Shown here: positions 18,346-28,006 of the stretch, one piece after another
How the letters are laid out: the number at the start of each line of letters is the position of its first letter
Position numbering within the stretch: the first letter of the stretch is position 1
NCBI GenBank assembly: GCA_963727525.1
Contig: CAVSGO010000007.1
Location: 1,952,001 to 2,016,000, forward strand
Direction of reading: 5' to 3'
Length of the DNA: 64,000 bases
DNA from: an uncultured bacterium
GTDB taxonomy: Bacteria; Krumholzibacteriota; Krumholzibacteriia; LZORAL124-64-63
The notes under the pieces: generated by a model
Told to the model about the DNA's origin: nothing
The model's database searches: none
What the model saw: the letters and a program-made list of their open reading frames with translations, nothing else
Position numbers and translations under genes: made by a program

Positions 18346-19269
18346 CTACATGCTGGGCGCAGTGGAGCGCTTACGCTCGGTGACGAAGCGCTCGTACCAC
18401 CAGACCAGGATCGGGCTGGCGATGAAGTTGGACGAGTAGGTACCCACGATGATGCCGAAGCAGAGCGCGAAGGCGAAGTCGTGAATCACCGGTCCGCCGA
18501 ACATCCACAGCGTGAAGCTCACGAAGAACGTGGTCAGCGAGGTGAGGATGGTACGGCTGAGACACTCGTTGATCGAGCGGTTGATGACCTCGCGGTAGCT
18601 CTCCTTGCGGCGCAGCTTCATGTTCTCGCGGATGCGGTCGAAGACCACGATGGTGTCGTTGAGGGAGTAGCCGATGATCGTCAGGAACGCGGCGATCACC
18701 GTGAGCGACACCTCCAGGTTCAGCAACGAGAAGATGCCGAGCGTGAGCGTCACGTCGTGGATCAGGGCGACGATGGCCGCAACGCCGAAGCGCAGCACGA
18801 AGCGGAACCACACGTAGACGATGATCAGCACCAGCGAGAGGAAGACGGCGTTCGCCGCGGCGGTCTTCAGCTCGCTGCCGATCTTCGGTCCCACCGACTC
18901 TTCGCGACGCAGTTCCACGTCCTTGCCGGACAGCTGGTTGCGCAACGCGTCGAGCATGGTCGAGGCCTGGTCCTCGTCACTGGCAGAGGTCTGCGCGAAG
19001 GTGATGAGGAACTCATCGTGGGCGCCGAAGTCCTGCACCTGCGAACCCTCGAACCCGGCCTTGTCGACGATCGTCCGGACCTCGCCCACCGTGGGTGCCG
19101 GCGTGATCTTCACCTGCACGATGGTGCCGCCGGTGAAGTCGATGCTCAGACGCGGGCCATGGTGCACGACCATCAGGACCACGCTCAGGACCACGCAAAT
19201 CACCGACAACGTGAAGGCCGGCTTCATCGCCTTCACGAAGTTGATGTTCGAATTGCGGAAGAAATCCAT
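18346..19269 (-). CDS. secF: Protein translocase subunit SecF
   Basis: SIDFTGGT, ESVGPKIG, HDV, IGYSLNDTIVVFDRIREN, RTILTSLTT, GTYSS. Confidence 0.97.
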   Translation of the reverse strand: MDFFRNSNINFVKAMKPAFTLSVICVVLSVVLMVVHHGPRLSIDFTGGTIVQVKITPAPTVGEVRTIVDKAGFEGSQVQDFGAHDEFLITFAQTSASDEDQASTMLDALRNQLSGKDVELRREESVGPKIGSELKTAAANAVFLSLVLIIVYVWFRFVLRFGVAAIVALIHDVTLTLGIFSLLNLEVSLTVIAAFLTIIGYSLNDTIVVFDRIRENMKLRRKESYREVINRSINECLSRTILTSLTTFFVSFTLWMFGGPVIHDFAFALCFGIIVGTYSSNFIASPILVWWYERFVTERKRSTAPSM

Positions 19270-19335
19270 GGCCTCTTCTGCCTTTCGCCCACTCCGTGCG
19301 CGGCACGGCGGGACCTCAACGGCGCCGGGCGCCTA

Positions 19336-21027
19336 TCAGATGCTGATCGTGACGTTGCCCTTGTTGCGGTAGACCCACTCCGTGATGACCCGCGCCATCA
19401 CCAGCGCGGCGAACATGCTCGTGAGGATACCGATGCACAGCGTGACGGCGAACCCCTTGATCGGTCCGGTGCCGAAGTTCAGCAGCACCAGGCCGACGAT
19501 GAGGGTGGTGAGGTTGGCGTCGACGATGGTGCGCGTGGCGTTCTGGTAGCCACTCTGCACCGCCGCGCGCACGGTCTTGGCCTTACGCAGTTCCTCGCGG
19601 ATGCGCTCGTTGATCAGCACGTTGGCATCCACGGCCATACCCACCGTGAGGATGATGCCGGCGATGCCGGGCAGCGTGAGCACGAGGCCGAACTGGGCCA
19701 GAGCCGCAAGCAGGATCACCACGTTCATGATCAGGGCGAAGACGGCGATCACGCCGCTGCCGCGGTAGTAGATGATGATGAACACGCAGACGAGCATCGC
19801 GCCCCACATGGCGGCGTTCACACCCTCCCGGATCGAGTCGCGGCCGAGGCTGGGACCCACCGTGCGCTCCTCGGCGATGGAGACGTCGGCGGGCAACGCA
19901 CCGGCGCGCAGCAGCAGCGCGAGGTCGTTGGCTTCAGGGCTCATGAAACGGCCCTGGATCACGCCCTGGCCACCGGGAATCTTGTTGATGATCTCGGGCG
20001 CGCTCTTGATGCGGCCATCGAGGGAGATCGCGAGTTGCCGGCCCACATTCTCGCCGGTCAGCTTCGAGAATTGACGCGCTCCGGTACGATCGAGCGAGAA
20101 CGCCACCTGCCAGTTGCCGGGCACTTGCGGGTCGGACACCGCGCGCGCCGACGTGAGGTGCTCGCCTGTGAGGGCTGCGTTGGCCGTGACGAGGTAGAGC
20201 GGCCGCGCCGGCGAACCATCGTTGAGCGTGGTGGTTTCCATGCCGAACTGGAACTCGGTGCCGCGCGGCAACGCGGCGCGCGCCTGCGTCGACTTGATCA
20301 TGGCCGTGACCGCGCGTTCGTTCTCGGTGGGACAGTACAGGTGTACGGCGTTCTTCTGGGGATCGGGCACGATCACCAGCTTCGAGCTGAATGGGCTGTC
20401 CGACGTGAAATCCGGTGCCGCCGTCGTGTCGTCCGCCGCCTCTGGCAGTTCGCCGTACGGATTGGCGCTGGTATCGGCCGCAGCGCTGTCGGTCGCCGCC
20501 GCGACCGTCTCCTGCGTCTCGGGCGACGGCTCGGCATTCTTGAACGCGCCATCCATGGCCGCGACGGCCTTCTGGTAGTCGTCGGCGCTGCGCACCATGC
20601 GGAACTCCAGCCGCGCGGTGCGGCCAATGAGTTCCTTGGCGCGCTCGGGGTCCTGCAGACCGGGAAGCTGCACGATGATGCGGCTCGTCCCCACGGTCTG
20701 GATCACCGGTTCGCTCACGCCGAACTGATTGACGCGATTCTCGATGATCTCGCGCACGCGTTTCAGCGCGTCGGCGGCCTGATCCGGCGACATGCCCTTC
20801 TGATCGACCTCGAGCACCAGGTACATGCCGCCGCGGAGGTCGAGACCGCGCCGGATGGCCTTGCCGTCGATAGCGTCGATGCGGGCCTTCACCGCGGTGT
20901 CGGTCTTGGCCGCCTCACGCTCCGCCGACGGCACCGTGGCGGCGCGGAATGTCGGGATGAGCAGGACGAGCGAAAGCAGCACCACGACGAGGCTGATCAG
21001 AGCCCTGATCTGCAGGGAACGATTCAT
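19336..21027 (-). CDS. secD: Protein translocase subunit SecD
   Basis: GLDLRGG, NRVNQFGVSEP, IIVQLPG, LRAGALP, VGPSLG, TLPGIAGIILTVGMAVDANVLINERIREE, GPIKGFA. Confidence 0.97.
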   Translation of the reverse strand: MNRSLQIRALISLVVVLLSLVLLIPTFRAATVPSAEREAAKTDTAVKARIDAIDGKAIRRGLDLRGGMYLVLEVDQKGMSPDQAADALKRVREIIENRVNQFGVSEPVIQTVGTSRIIVQLPGLQDPERAKELIGRTARLEFRMVRSADDYQKAVAAMDGAFKNAEPSPETQETVAAATDSAAADTSANPYGELPEAADDTTAAPDFTSDSPFSSKLVIVPDPQKNAVHLYCPTENERAVTAMIKSTQARAALPRGTEFQFGMETTTLNDGSPARPLYLVTANAALTGEHLTSARAVSDPQVPGNWQVAFSLDRTGARQFSKLTGENVGRQLAISLDGRIKSAPEIINKIPGGQGVIQGRFMSPEANDLALLLRAGALPADVSIAEERTVGPSLGRDSIREGVNAAMWGAMLVCVFIIIYYRGSGVIAVFALIMNVVILLAALAQFGLVLTLPGIAGIILTVGMAVDANVLINERIREELRKAKTVRAAVQSGYQNATRTIVDANLTTLIVGLVLLNFGTGPIKGFAVTLCIGILTSMFAALVMARVITEWVYRNKGNVTISI

Positions 21028-21204
21028 GACACGTGTCTCCTGAACCGGGACGGGGCATCCTCACCAGCAGCTCCGCCCGGCAAGAACGCAAAAAAAAAGT
21101 GATCTAGGGCCGCGGCGGCTGTGCGGCAGCGCGCCGCGCCGAGAAAACCGGTTGCCATGATAACACATGGAAGGTCTCCATGCCAGGAGCAGCTCAGCAG
21201 CCGC

Positions 21205-22641
21205 TCAGTCGCCCGCCCCGGGGGCAGCCGCTTGCAGGGCCAGGAGTTCCGAGATCGTGACGAAGCGCACGCCCGCGGCCTGCCAGCGGGGAAGCTCCCG
21301 GGCCAGGACATCGGCCGTGACCGCCTTGGGATGGCCGATGCCCACCGCGAATCCCCCGCGGCGGGCGGCCTCCACCAGGGTCGTCAGACGTTGCCGCACC
21401 ACCGCCGGCGACGGATCGTCGTGGTCCAGGAAGATCCGGTTACGCAGCGCGGGCAGACCGGCCCGCCGGGCCTCGGCATAGGCCACGGACTGCTGCGTCG
21501 TGAGGCTATCCAGGAAGTACAGCCCCCGGCGCTTCAGGGCCGCCATGAGCTTCTGCATGGTCTCGGCGTCGGCCGTGGCCGCACTGCCCATGTGGTTGTT
21601 CACCCCGCGCACGCCGGGCAGGGCGGCCAGATCGCCGGCGAGGATCGAGTCGATCCGCGCCGCGTCCATGCCCACCAGGATCGCGCCGGATCCAGGGTTG
21701 GTCCGGGGATAGTCGACGGGTTGCATCGGGAGGTGCAGCATGATCTCGCGCCGTCTTTCAGGCAACGCCGCCCCCCGGCCCGCGATGGCCAGCGGCACGG
21801 GACACCCCGCCGCGAGGCGCGCCCGCTGGGCGTCGGGATCGCCGCCGGCGCCGGCCGTCAGGGGCGCGCCGCCCGGCAGGGCGAGCGGCGTGGCTTCCAG
21901 GGCGAATTGCCGGGAGAACGCGTGGCCGGGGAGGATCGAAAGCGTGAGGGGGGCATCCAGCTCGAGCAGGGCGCGGGCGGCGTCGTTGCGGTAGTAACCC
22001 CAGTCGTCGATCACGATGGCCACGGTCGGCGCGTCTGCAGCGTTCGCGAGCATGTCCCACCCGGTGACGGCCGCGTCTCCCCAGCGCACGCGCGGCGCCT
22101 TCTGGTCGGCATGGTAGAGCAGCAGCGTGTGGGTGGGATGCCCCGCCACGCCGACATCGAGGCGCAGCAGGTCGTGCGCGTCGTCGGGGGCATCGGCCGC
22201 GGCACTCCCGCGGCCGGCCCCGAGGCGTTCGCCCCAGAGCACCTGGCCTCCGGCCGCCGCCACCGCCCGCGCCACGTCGGCCTGCACGTCCCACCACAGA
22301 CGCTCGGGCGCCACCGCCACCACACGGCAGTGCACGGCGGCATCCGCACCCGCGGCGGGCAACGGCCAGTCGGCGGCGAGTCCCGACGCGTCGGCCGGCG
22401 CCGGGCCTGGAGTCAAAGCAGGGAGCACCGGAATGAGGGCGGACTCGATGTCGTTCTGGACGTCGACGTAGAGCCGGTCGGCTCCGAGATTCAGCAGGGC
22501 CGCGCGGCCGCCGCGGCTATGCGACCAGGCCAGCACGCCGACTGCGGCCAGCCCGGCCACGAGCAGCAGGCCCGCCAGCCACGGCCACCAGGATCGGCGC
22601 GCAGGGCGTTTACGACGAGACGGGCGAGACCGTGAGGCCAT
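21205..22641 (-). CDS. Divergent polysaccharide deacetylase (YibQ-like), membrane-anchored
   Basis: VAIVIDDWG, LTLSILP, EIMLHLPMQP, GVNNHMGS, FLDSLT, RNRIFLD, VGIGHP. Confidence 0.9.
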   Translation of the reverse strand: MASRSRPSRRKRPARRSWWPWLAGLLLVAGLAAVGVLAWSHSRGGRAALLNLGADRLYVDVQNDIESALIPVLPALTPGPAPADASGLAADWPLPAAGADAAVHCRVVAVAPERLWWDVQADVARAVAAAGGQVLWGERLGAGRGSAAADAPDDAHDLLRLDVGVAGHPTHTLLLYHADQKAPRVRWGDAAVTGWDMLANAADAPTVAIVIDDWGYYRNDAARALLELDAPLTLSILPGHAFSRQFALEATPLALPGGAPLTAGAGGDPDAQRARLAAGCPVPLAIAGRGAALPERRREIMLHLPMQPVDYPRTNPGSGAILVGMDAARIDSILAGDLAALPGVRGVNNHMGSAATADAETMQKLMAALKRRGLYFLDSLTTQQSVAYAEARRAGLPALRNRIFLDHDDPSPAVVRQRLTTLVEAARRGGFAVGIGHPKAVTADVLARELPRWQAAGVRFVTISELLALQAAAPGAGD

Positions 22642-22662
22642 GGGATCCTTCCCGGGAGAACA

Positions 22663-22689
22663 CAGGAGGAGCCGCGCGGGCTCCTCCTG
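22663..22689 (-). terminator. Hairpin terminator after the lipoprotein gene
   Basis: CAGGAGGAGCC-GCGCG-GGCTCCTCCTG stem followed on the minus strand by TGTTCT. Confidence 0.6.
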
Positions 22690-22725
22690 ATCCGGTCACT
22701 CGCACCTGCGGACTGCGCCGAGGTC

Positions 22726-23358
22726 CTAGCTATCGGTGTGGTCTTCCTGGCCCAGCAACTGGTAGTACAGCGTGGGCGCGCCCTGATAGGTGGAATCCCT
22801 CGCCGTGACATAGAAGGTGGTCTGACCAGCCACGTAGAGCTGACGGGATTCGCCGGACACGTGGAAGTAGATCCCCACGTCGTACGTCCGCTTCCTGGCG
22901 TTGGGATAACCGCCGAAGTTCGTGTCGCTATCGGACACTGGCTCCCAGTTGTCGTACCCATTCATGATCGGGATGTCGATGCTCGAGATGACGACGGTGG
23001 TCCCGTTCGCTTCATGCCCGGGCTGCTCCGAGAACATCCGGCTCTGGAGCGCGACGTCTTCCTCGTAGTTGTAGACGTTGTCCGGCAGGCCGAACTCGTC
23101 CACCGTGCCCTGCTGCAGCACGAACTTGTAGTCGTGACTCAGGACCTGGTCGCGGTACAGCGCGATATCCTTGTCCTGATACACCGTCTTGTAGTTGTCG
23201 ATGAGCTGGTCGGGCGTGCTCGGGAACGGCAATCCGGTGTCGCCGCCGCCGCCGCCGCCGTTGTTGGGACTGTCTTCCGGCTGGAAGATGCATCCCCCCG
23301 CGGCAAACGCGAGGCCAATCACCACGACGGGCAAGTAGAGCGTGAATCGGTTCTTCAT
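22726..23358 (-). CDS. Hypothetical lipoprotein
   Basis: MKNRF...hydrophobic stretch...AAGG-CIFQP lipobox-like site; poly-Gly tether; GGAGGGAG RBS. Confidence 0.8.
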   Translation of the reverse strand: MKNRFTLYLPVVVIGLAFAAGGCIFQPEDSPNNGGGGGGDTGLPFPSTPDQLIDNYKTVYQDKDIALYRDQVLSHDYKFVLQQGTVDEFGLPDNVYNYEEDVALQSRMFSEQPGHEANGTTVVISSIDIPIMNGYDNWEPVSDSDTNFGGYPNARKRTYDVGIYFHVSGESRQLYVAGQTTFYVTARDSTYQGAPTLYYQLLGQEDHTDS

Positions 23359-23427
23359 CGTGACTCCCTCCCGGGGACGAGCGTCGGCCGTCGCGTGTTG
23401 TCCAGGGACGCACCGGGCTCCGGTCTC

Positions 23428-23457
23428 AGTGAACACAGGGTGGCAATGCTTCGTCAA
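23428..23457 (-). promoter_or_regulatory. Putative sigma70-type promoter for the 22726-23358 lipoprotein
   Basis: TTGACG-N18-TTCACT with TG upstream of the -10. Confidence 0.4.
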
Positions 23458-23463
23458 CACGCG

Positions 23464-24084
23464 TTAGCCAGAAAAGACCGCTCTCACGACTCCCAGTGTG
23501 GGTAGAAGAACCTGCGGATTTAAGGGGTCCGACTCCTGCGTCTCGTCCCGCCATTCGGTGAGCTGCCAGTAGGTGGCCGGCAGCGTGAAGAGAAGTGTCG
23601 CCCGTCCTCGGTACCGGGTGGTCGACCCGGACTGGTCGGTCACCTGAATGTAGTAGATTATATCCCATTCGGCACGTCCGGCGCTACCCCCAGGTGCAGC
23701 AAATGTAAAGTTCAGGAGATCGGCCACGATCGTCACGCCCGACCCGTACCAGTTGTTGATGAAATTCAGCTCCTGATCCTTGCCCCAGTTTCCCCAATCG
23801 ACTGCAGGATAAGCGTTTACAGTTTCCGAATCCGGCGTGTACCGGAAGTCGCTGCTGGTGGCATTGTCCCAGCCCGTGGCGTCGGTGTTCACCAGGGAAA
23901 GGCGGCAGTTCTCCCAGACGGCGGATGGCGACGTGGCCTCGACGTATGGGATGCTCTCGCCCGACGTCGGCGGGGCCGGGCTCCGCGGATCGAAGAGGCA
24001 CCCCGCGAGCGCCGCCGCCAGGATCGGCAAGGAAACGACGCCCCCGATATGCCGCCGACTGAATTGATGCCATTTCGCTTCCAT
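23464..24084 (-). CDS. Hypothetical lipoprotein (similar layout to the neighbouring lipoprotein)
   Basis: LAG-CLFDPR lipobox; ...SPSAVWENCRLSL...DFRYTPD...WGKDQE...WQLTEWRD; ATG overlaps the barrel gene stop. Confidence 0.8.
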   Translation of the reverse strand: MEAKWHQFSRRHIGGVVSLPILAAALAGCLFDPRSPAPPTSGESIPYVEATSPSAVWENCRLSLVNTDATGWDNATSSDFRYTPDSETVNAYPAVDWGNWGKDQELNFINNWYGSGVTIVADLLNFTFAAPGGSAGRAEWDIIYYIQVTDQSGSTTRYRGRATLLFTLPATYWQLTEWRDETQESDPLNPQVLLPTLGVVRAVFSG

Positions 24085-26159
24085 CAGAAGCTCCATTTCA
24101 GAGAGATGTCGGCATCCCAGTAGTCGCGGTTGTTCTCGGTCACGTTGGGCCCGTAGGCCTGGTACTTCTTCACGCGCCCGGCCAGGATCAGGGGATTCGT
24201 CGCGCCCCACTTCTTGCTGATCGTCGCGCCCAGCCAGATCTCGCCGCTGTAGGTATCGGTGCGGCGCGTGGTGTTGCCCAGCGTGTCGCGTCGGTCCTTC
24301 GACCGGTAGGTCGCCGTTTCGAGCTTGAGCCACGGCATGAGCTGGTAGCCGAGCCCGAGGTCCACGCGCGACACCCACTGCTCCTGGTCGCGATGGTAGA
24401 GATCGCGACCGGTCGCGTCGGTGGTGGTGTGCGTGGCGTTGAAGGTGGCGCTGGTGTCATAGCGTAGATCGAGATCGACGCGCTCGCTCGGCTTGAGCTT
24501 GAGCGAGGTCGTGAGCGTGCCGCGCTTGTTGTAGTTATCGGTCTTGCGCACACTGGGCAGGTAGGCGAAATCGTAGTCCTGGTACTGGATATAGAGACGG
24601 AGCGTCTGCCCCGCCGTGAGCCAGGGCGCGATGGGCCAGCTGTAAGACGGCGAGATCTCGTAGGTCTTCTTCACGTTGTTGTTCGCCGAGCGCGTGTTGC
24701 GGACGGCGATGTCGTGCGACTCCTTGTAGTCGAAGTGCAACGACGTGCTGAACTGGCCCTGCCACACGGTGTCGAGCTTGAGCGACGCGTCGTTTTCCAC
24801 GCGGTCGCGATCGTTCTCGTTGAAGGGGCGGCCGTTCACCGCCTCGGCGATGTCCTGCGTGAGGAAGGTGGCGAACGCGCCAGTCAGCTTGGTGTGGCGA
24901 AAGAGCTGACGCTGCCAGTTCAGATAGAACTGCCGATCCTTCGTATACTGCTTGCCGCGCGACTCGGCACCGCCCTGATACGTCTGGGAATCCCACTTCC
25001 ACTCGTACGCGTAACGGACCGAGAACGAGTCGCGTCCCGCAGGAAAGGCCAGCGTGACGTCGGCCTTGTCGTCGAGCCGTTCCTTGCGACCCACGCCGCT
25101 CTTCGCGTACTCCTCGCTGTCATCGCTGTGGGTGACCTTGGTCACCAGCGACACGCGCCCCACCTTCACCGTGCCGTTGAACTCGAGTTGCAGCGCGTTA
25201 CGCTGCTCGAGTTCCTGCACGATCTTCGACTGCGTGGCGTCCGAGGTGTCGACGATGCCGTTCGTGTTGCGTCGGAAATCGAGGTAGCGCTTGTCGAAGG
25301 AGGCCTTGGTGGCGACGAAGTTGCCAGAGATCAGCTTGCGGTTGAAGTAGACGCCGGCGCCGAGGCTGTCGCCCGTGGTCGAGACGGTGCTCGTCCGGGT
25401 GCCGAGCTGGCCGTCGCCCTGGCGGCGCGTGCCGTAGAGACGCGTCGCCATCCGGACACCGTCGGCGAGTGCGGTGCCGCTACGGATCGCGCCGTCGAAG
25501 GCCGCGTCGCTGATATTGTTGCGCTGATTCTGGTTCTCGGCCTTCTGGCTGTTGAGCTTTACGCTCGCCTTGGACTTGTGGACGACCGCGCCCGTCTGGA
25601 AGTCCTTGCCCAGATCCACGCCCGCCGACTTGACGTCGCGTTTGTTCAGGTTGCGCAGGTTGGCATTGTTGACGGTGATGTCTTCGGACCAGTTCCACGT
25701 GCCGTTGACCCCGAGCACGAACGGGAGCGCGGTCCCCGAGCGGTACAGGAAATTGCTGCTGCGGCGCTCGACGGTCTTGTCCTGCTTGCGGAACGAGTCA
25801 TAGGAGTATTTCGCGGCATTGTTCACCGTGGAGCCACCCAGCAGTGTGAATCTGGTCGTCAGGTTCCCATAGTAGAGCACGTCGAGAACCTTGGCCTTCA
25901 CCCCGGCCTCGGGCGTGTTCTCGAGGCCGGACAGGAGCGAACCGCCGGGGCCGGTGGCCTCGTCGGGCAAGGACTCGACGAGGGTGGAGTCGCTCTCCGC
26001 GCTGCTGGTGTCGGCCTCGGCCGTACCCTCGTCCTGAGCCCACGCGCCGGATCGGGCGAGGGTGACAACCAGTACCACGATCCAGATGGCCGGGAATCTG
26101 GTCGCCAGGAACCTGGGCGGTACGATCCGCCGCGCGCCGCTGCCGATCCGCCGCATCAT
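24084..26159 (-). CDS. Outer-membrane beta-barrel protein of unknown function
   Basis: Signal peptide, many amphipathic beta-strands, C-terminal DADISLKWSF beta-signal; ATG overlaps the rsmA stop. Confidence 0.75.
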   Translation of the reverse strand: MMRRIGSGARRIVPPRFLATRFPAIWIVVLVVTLARSGAWAQDEGTAEADTSSAESDSTLVESLPDEATGPGGSLLSGLENTPEAGVKAKVLDVLYYGNLTTRFTLLGGSTVNNAAKYSYDSFRKQDKTVERRSSNFLYRSGTALPFVLGVNGTWNWSEDITVNNANLRNLNKRDVKSAGVDLGKDFQTGAVVHKSKASVKLNSQKAENQNQRNNISDAAFDGAIRSGTALADGVRMATRLYGTRRQGDGQLGTRTSTVSTTGDSLGAGVYFNRKLISGNFVATKASFDKRYLDFRRNTNGIVDTSDATQSKIVQELEQRNALQLEFNGTVKVGRVSLVTKVTHSDDSEEYAKSGVGRKERLDDKADVTLAFPAGRDSFSVRYAYEWKWDSQTYQGGAESRGKQYTKDRQFYLNWQRQLFRHTKLTGAFATFLTQDIAEAVNGRPFNENDRDRVENDASLKLDTVWQGQFSTSLHFDYKESHDIAVRNTRSANNNVKKTYEISPSYSWPIAPWLTAGQTLRLYIQYQDYDFAYLPSVRKTDNYNKRGTLTTSLKLKPSERVDLDLRYDTSATFNATHTTTDATGRDLYHRDQEQWVSRVDLGLGYQLMPWLKLETATYRSKDRRDTLGNTTRRTDTYSGEIWLGATISKKWGATNPLILAGRVKKYQAYGPNVTENNRDYWDADISLKWSF

Positions 26160-27004
26160 GGGGTCTGCCTCGCACCGAGGACGCTCGCCAGGCGCCGCCA
26201 TGCCTCCGGCGGGAGGTGCTCCGGGCGATCGGCCGGAGCAATGCCCGCCGCAGCGGCCACTGCCGTGGCTGCCGCCGCCGTCAATCCGTATCGACGGCGC
26301 AGGATGGCGCCGATCTGCTTTCGTCGCTGACCGAAGATCGTCTTCACCGTGGACAGCAACTCCCGGTACTCCGACGCCGACCAGGCCGCGCCGGGAACCA
26401 ATCGTACCACCGCCGACTCCACCTCGGGCTGTGGCCAGAACACCGTGGGCGGCACCGTCCGCACCTGCTCCACCGTGAACACCGAACCCATCACGACGGC
26501 CAGCACGCCATAGTCGCGGCCGCCGGGCGTGGCCGTAAGTCGCGCGGCGACCTCCTTCTGCACCATGAGGACGGCGCCGCGGTGCGCGTCGCGCCAGTCG
26601 GCCAGCGCGAAGAGAACCACGCTCGTCAGCACGTATGGCAGATTGCCTGCCACCACCGGTCGCGGACCGGCCTCCAGCAACGACTGGGGCCAGTCGAGCC
26701 GGCCCAGATCGTCCTCCTGGAGCCGGAATCCGGACCTCTCGCCCAGTTCGGCACGCAACAGGGCGCAGAGATGGCGATCCACCTCCACGCTCGTCACCTG
26801 CAGACCGAGGTCCAGCATCGGCGCCGTGAGCGCCCCGCCGCCCGCTCCCAGTTCGAGCACGTGGTCACCGAGCGCCGCGACATCCGCCGCGATGGCGCGC
26901 GTGAGGTTGCCGTCGACCAGGAAGTTCTGGCCCCGGCGCTTCACGGGCCGGATGTCGTAGCGTCGCAGCAAGGCGAGCTGGGTTTCGCTCACTCGTTCAC
27001 CCAC
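26156..27004 (-). CDS. rsmA: 16S rRNA adenine dimethyltransferase KsgA
   Basis: KRRGQNFLVD, VLELGAGGGALT, VEVD, VAGNLPY, MVQKEVA, FWPQPEVES, FGQRRK. Confidence 0.95.
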   Translation of the reverse strand: MGERVSETQLALLRRYDIRPVKRRGQNFLVDGNLTRAIAADVAALGDHVLELGAGGGALTAPMLDLGLQVTSVEVDRHLCALLRAELGERSGFRLQEDDLGRLDWPQSLLEAGPRPVVAGNLPYVLTSVVLFALADWRDAHRGAVLMVQKEVAARLTATPGGRDYGVLAVVMGSVFTVEQVRTVPPTVFWPQPEVESAVVRLVPGAAWSASEYRELLSTVKTIFGQRRKQIGAILRRRYGLTAAAATAVAAAAGIAPADRPEHLPPEAWRRLASVLGARQTP

Positions 27005-27025
27005 CGGGCCCCTCCGGGCAGGGCC

Positions 27026-27054
27026 AGTCTAGGATCCGGGCCGTGACCGGACAA
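27026..27054 (-). promoter_or_regulatory. Putative promoter of rsmA
   Basis: TTGTCC-N17-TAGACT, about 20 nt upstream of the start. Confidence 0.55.
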
Positions 27055-27202
27055 TCGCAAAGACCGGGCCACGAGATGCCGTGAATCCACTGTTGTCCGT
27101 GTAAGACGGGCGTTAACGATGCAGCGCGGCGATGTCCTCCCGGCAGGGTAGGCGCGTGAGCGATCAGGGGTGGGCAGATTCTATCGATTGCGGCACGAGA
27201 CG

Positions 27203-28006
27203 TCAACCAGTGGTCGGCATCCGTCCAAAAAGCCGCGCAAAATTCGCGTCGGTCCGTGCGTTGAGATCGTCCGGCGTCGTGCCCAGCACCCCCGCCAGGT
27301 GATCCCGTGTGTGGACCAGATAGGCCGGCTCATTGCGCTTGCCCCGGTACGGCACCGGTGGCAACCACGGCGCGTCGGTCTCCAGGAGCACGCCGTCCGG
27401 CGACACGCCTTCCAGCACCGTCGGCAAGGCGCTCTTCTTGTAAGTGACCGGCCCCCCGATACCCAGCAGCAGCCCATGCTCGCGCGCCCATTCGACCATG
27501 GTGCGGTCGCCGGCGAAACTGTGCAGCACGGCGCCGCGGGCCGGGATGCCCACCGCCTCCACGAGAGCGCGAGTCTGCGGGTAGGCGTCGCGGATGTGGA
27601 AGACGACGGGCAGCGCCATCTCGGCGGCCAGCTCGAGCTGCAGGGTGAGCGCCGTGTGCTGCGCCGGCCGCGGTGAGAGGTCGCGGTAGTAGTCGAGCCC
27701 GATCTCCCCGATCGCCACCACCCGCGGGTGGGCGGCGAGTGCGCGCAGGCGGGTCAGCACCTCGCGGCCGCCCGCGGTGGGGTTCCCCTCGGCGTCGGCG
27801 AGAATGGCCGCGTCGTGCGGATGGATGCCCACGGCCGCGAGCACCCGCGGATCGCTCCCGGCCAGCCGTACCGCAGCCTCGCAGCTCGGCGGGTCATAGC
27901 CGATCTCGAGGAAACCGCTCACGCCCGCGGCGGCCGCGCGCGCCAGCACTTCGGCGCGGTCGGTCGCGAAGTCGGCGCGATGCAGGTGGACGTGGCTATC
28001 GATCAT
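27203..28006 (-). CDS. tatD: TatD family DNase
   Basis: MIDSHVH, VGIHPH, IGEIGLDYY, HIRDA, LHSF, LETDAPWL, GKRNEP. Confidence 0.95.
   Translation of the reverse strand: MIDSHVHLHRADFATDRAEVLARAAAAGVSGFLEIGYDPPSCEAAVRLAGSDPRVLAAVGIHPHDAAILADAEGNPTAGGREVLTRLRALAAHPRVVAIGEIGLDYYRDLSPRPAQHTALTLQLELAAEMALPVVFHIRDAYPQTRALVEAVGIPARGAVLHSFAGDRTMVEWAREHGLLLGIGGPVTYKKSALPTVLEGVSPDGVLLETDAPWLPPVPYRGKRNEPAYLVHTRDHLAGVLGTTPDDLNARTDANFARLFGRMPTTG

Noticed and set aside
21024..21158. Possible secDF-upstream arrest peptide ORF (MATGFLG...RRHVS)
   Set aside because: Its ATG lies inside the putative -10 box, it has no signal/TM segment and no RAPP/RAGP-like motif, and the stop overlap arises automatically from secD's ATGA
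23241..23260. GCC trinucleotide run
   Set aside because: Encodes the poly-Gly tether of a lipoprotein; it is in frame, so not a phase-variation switch
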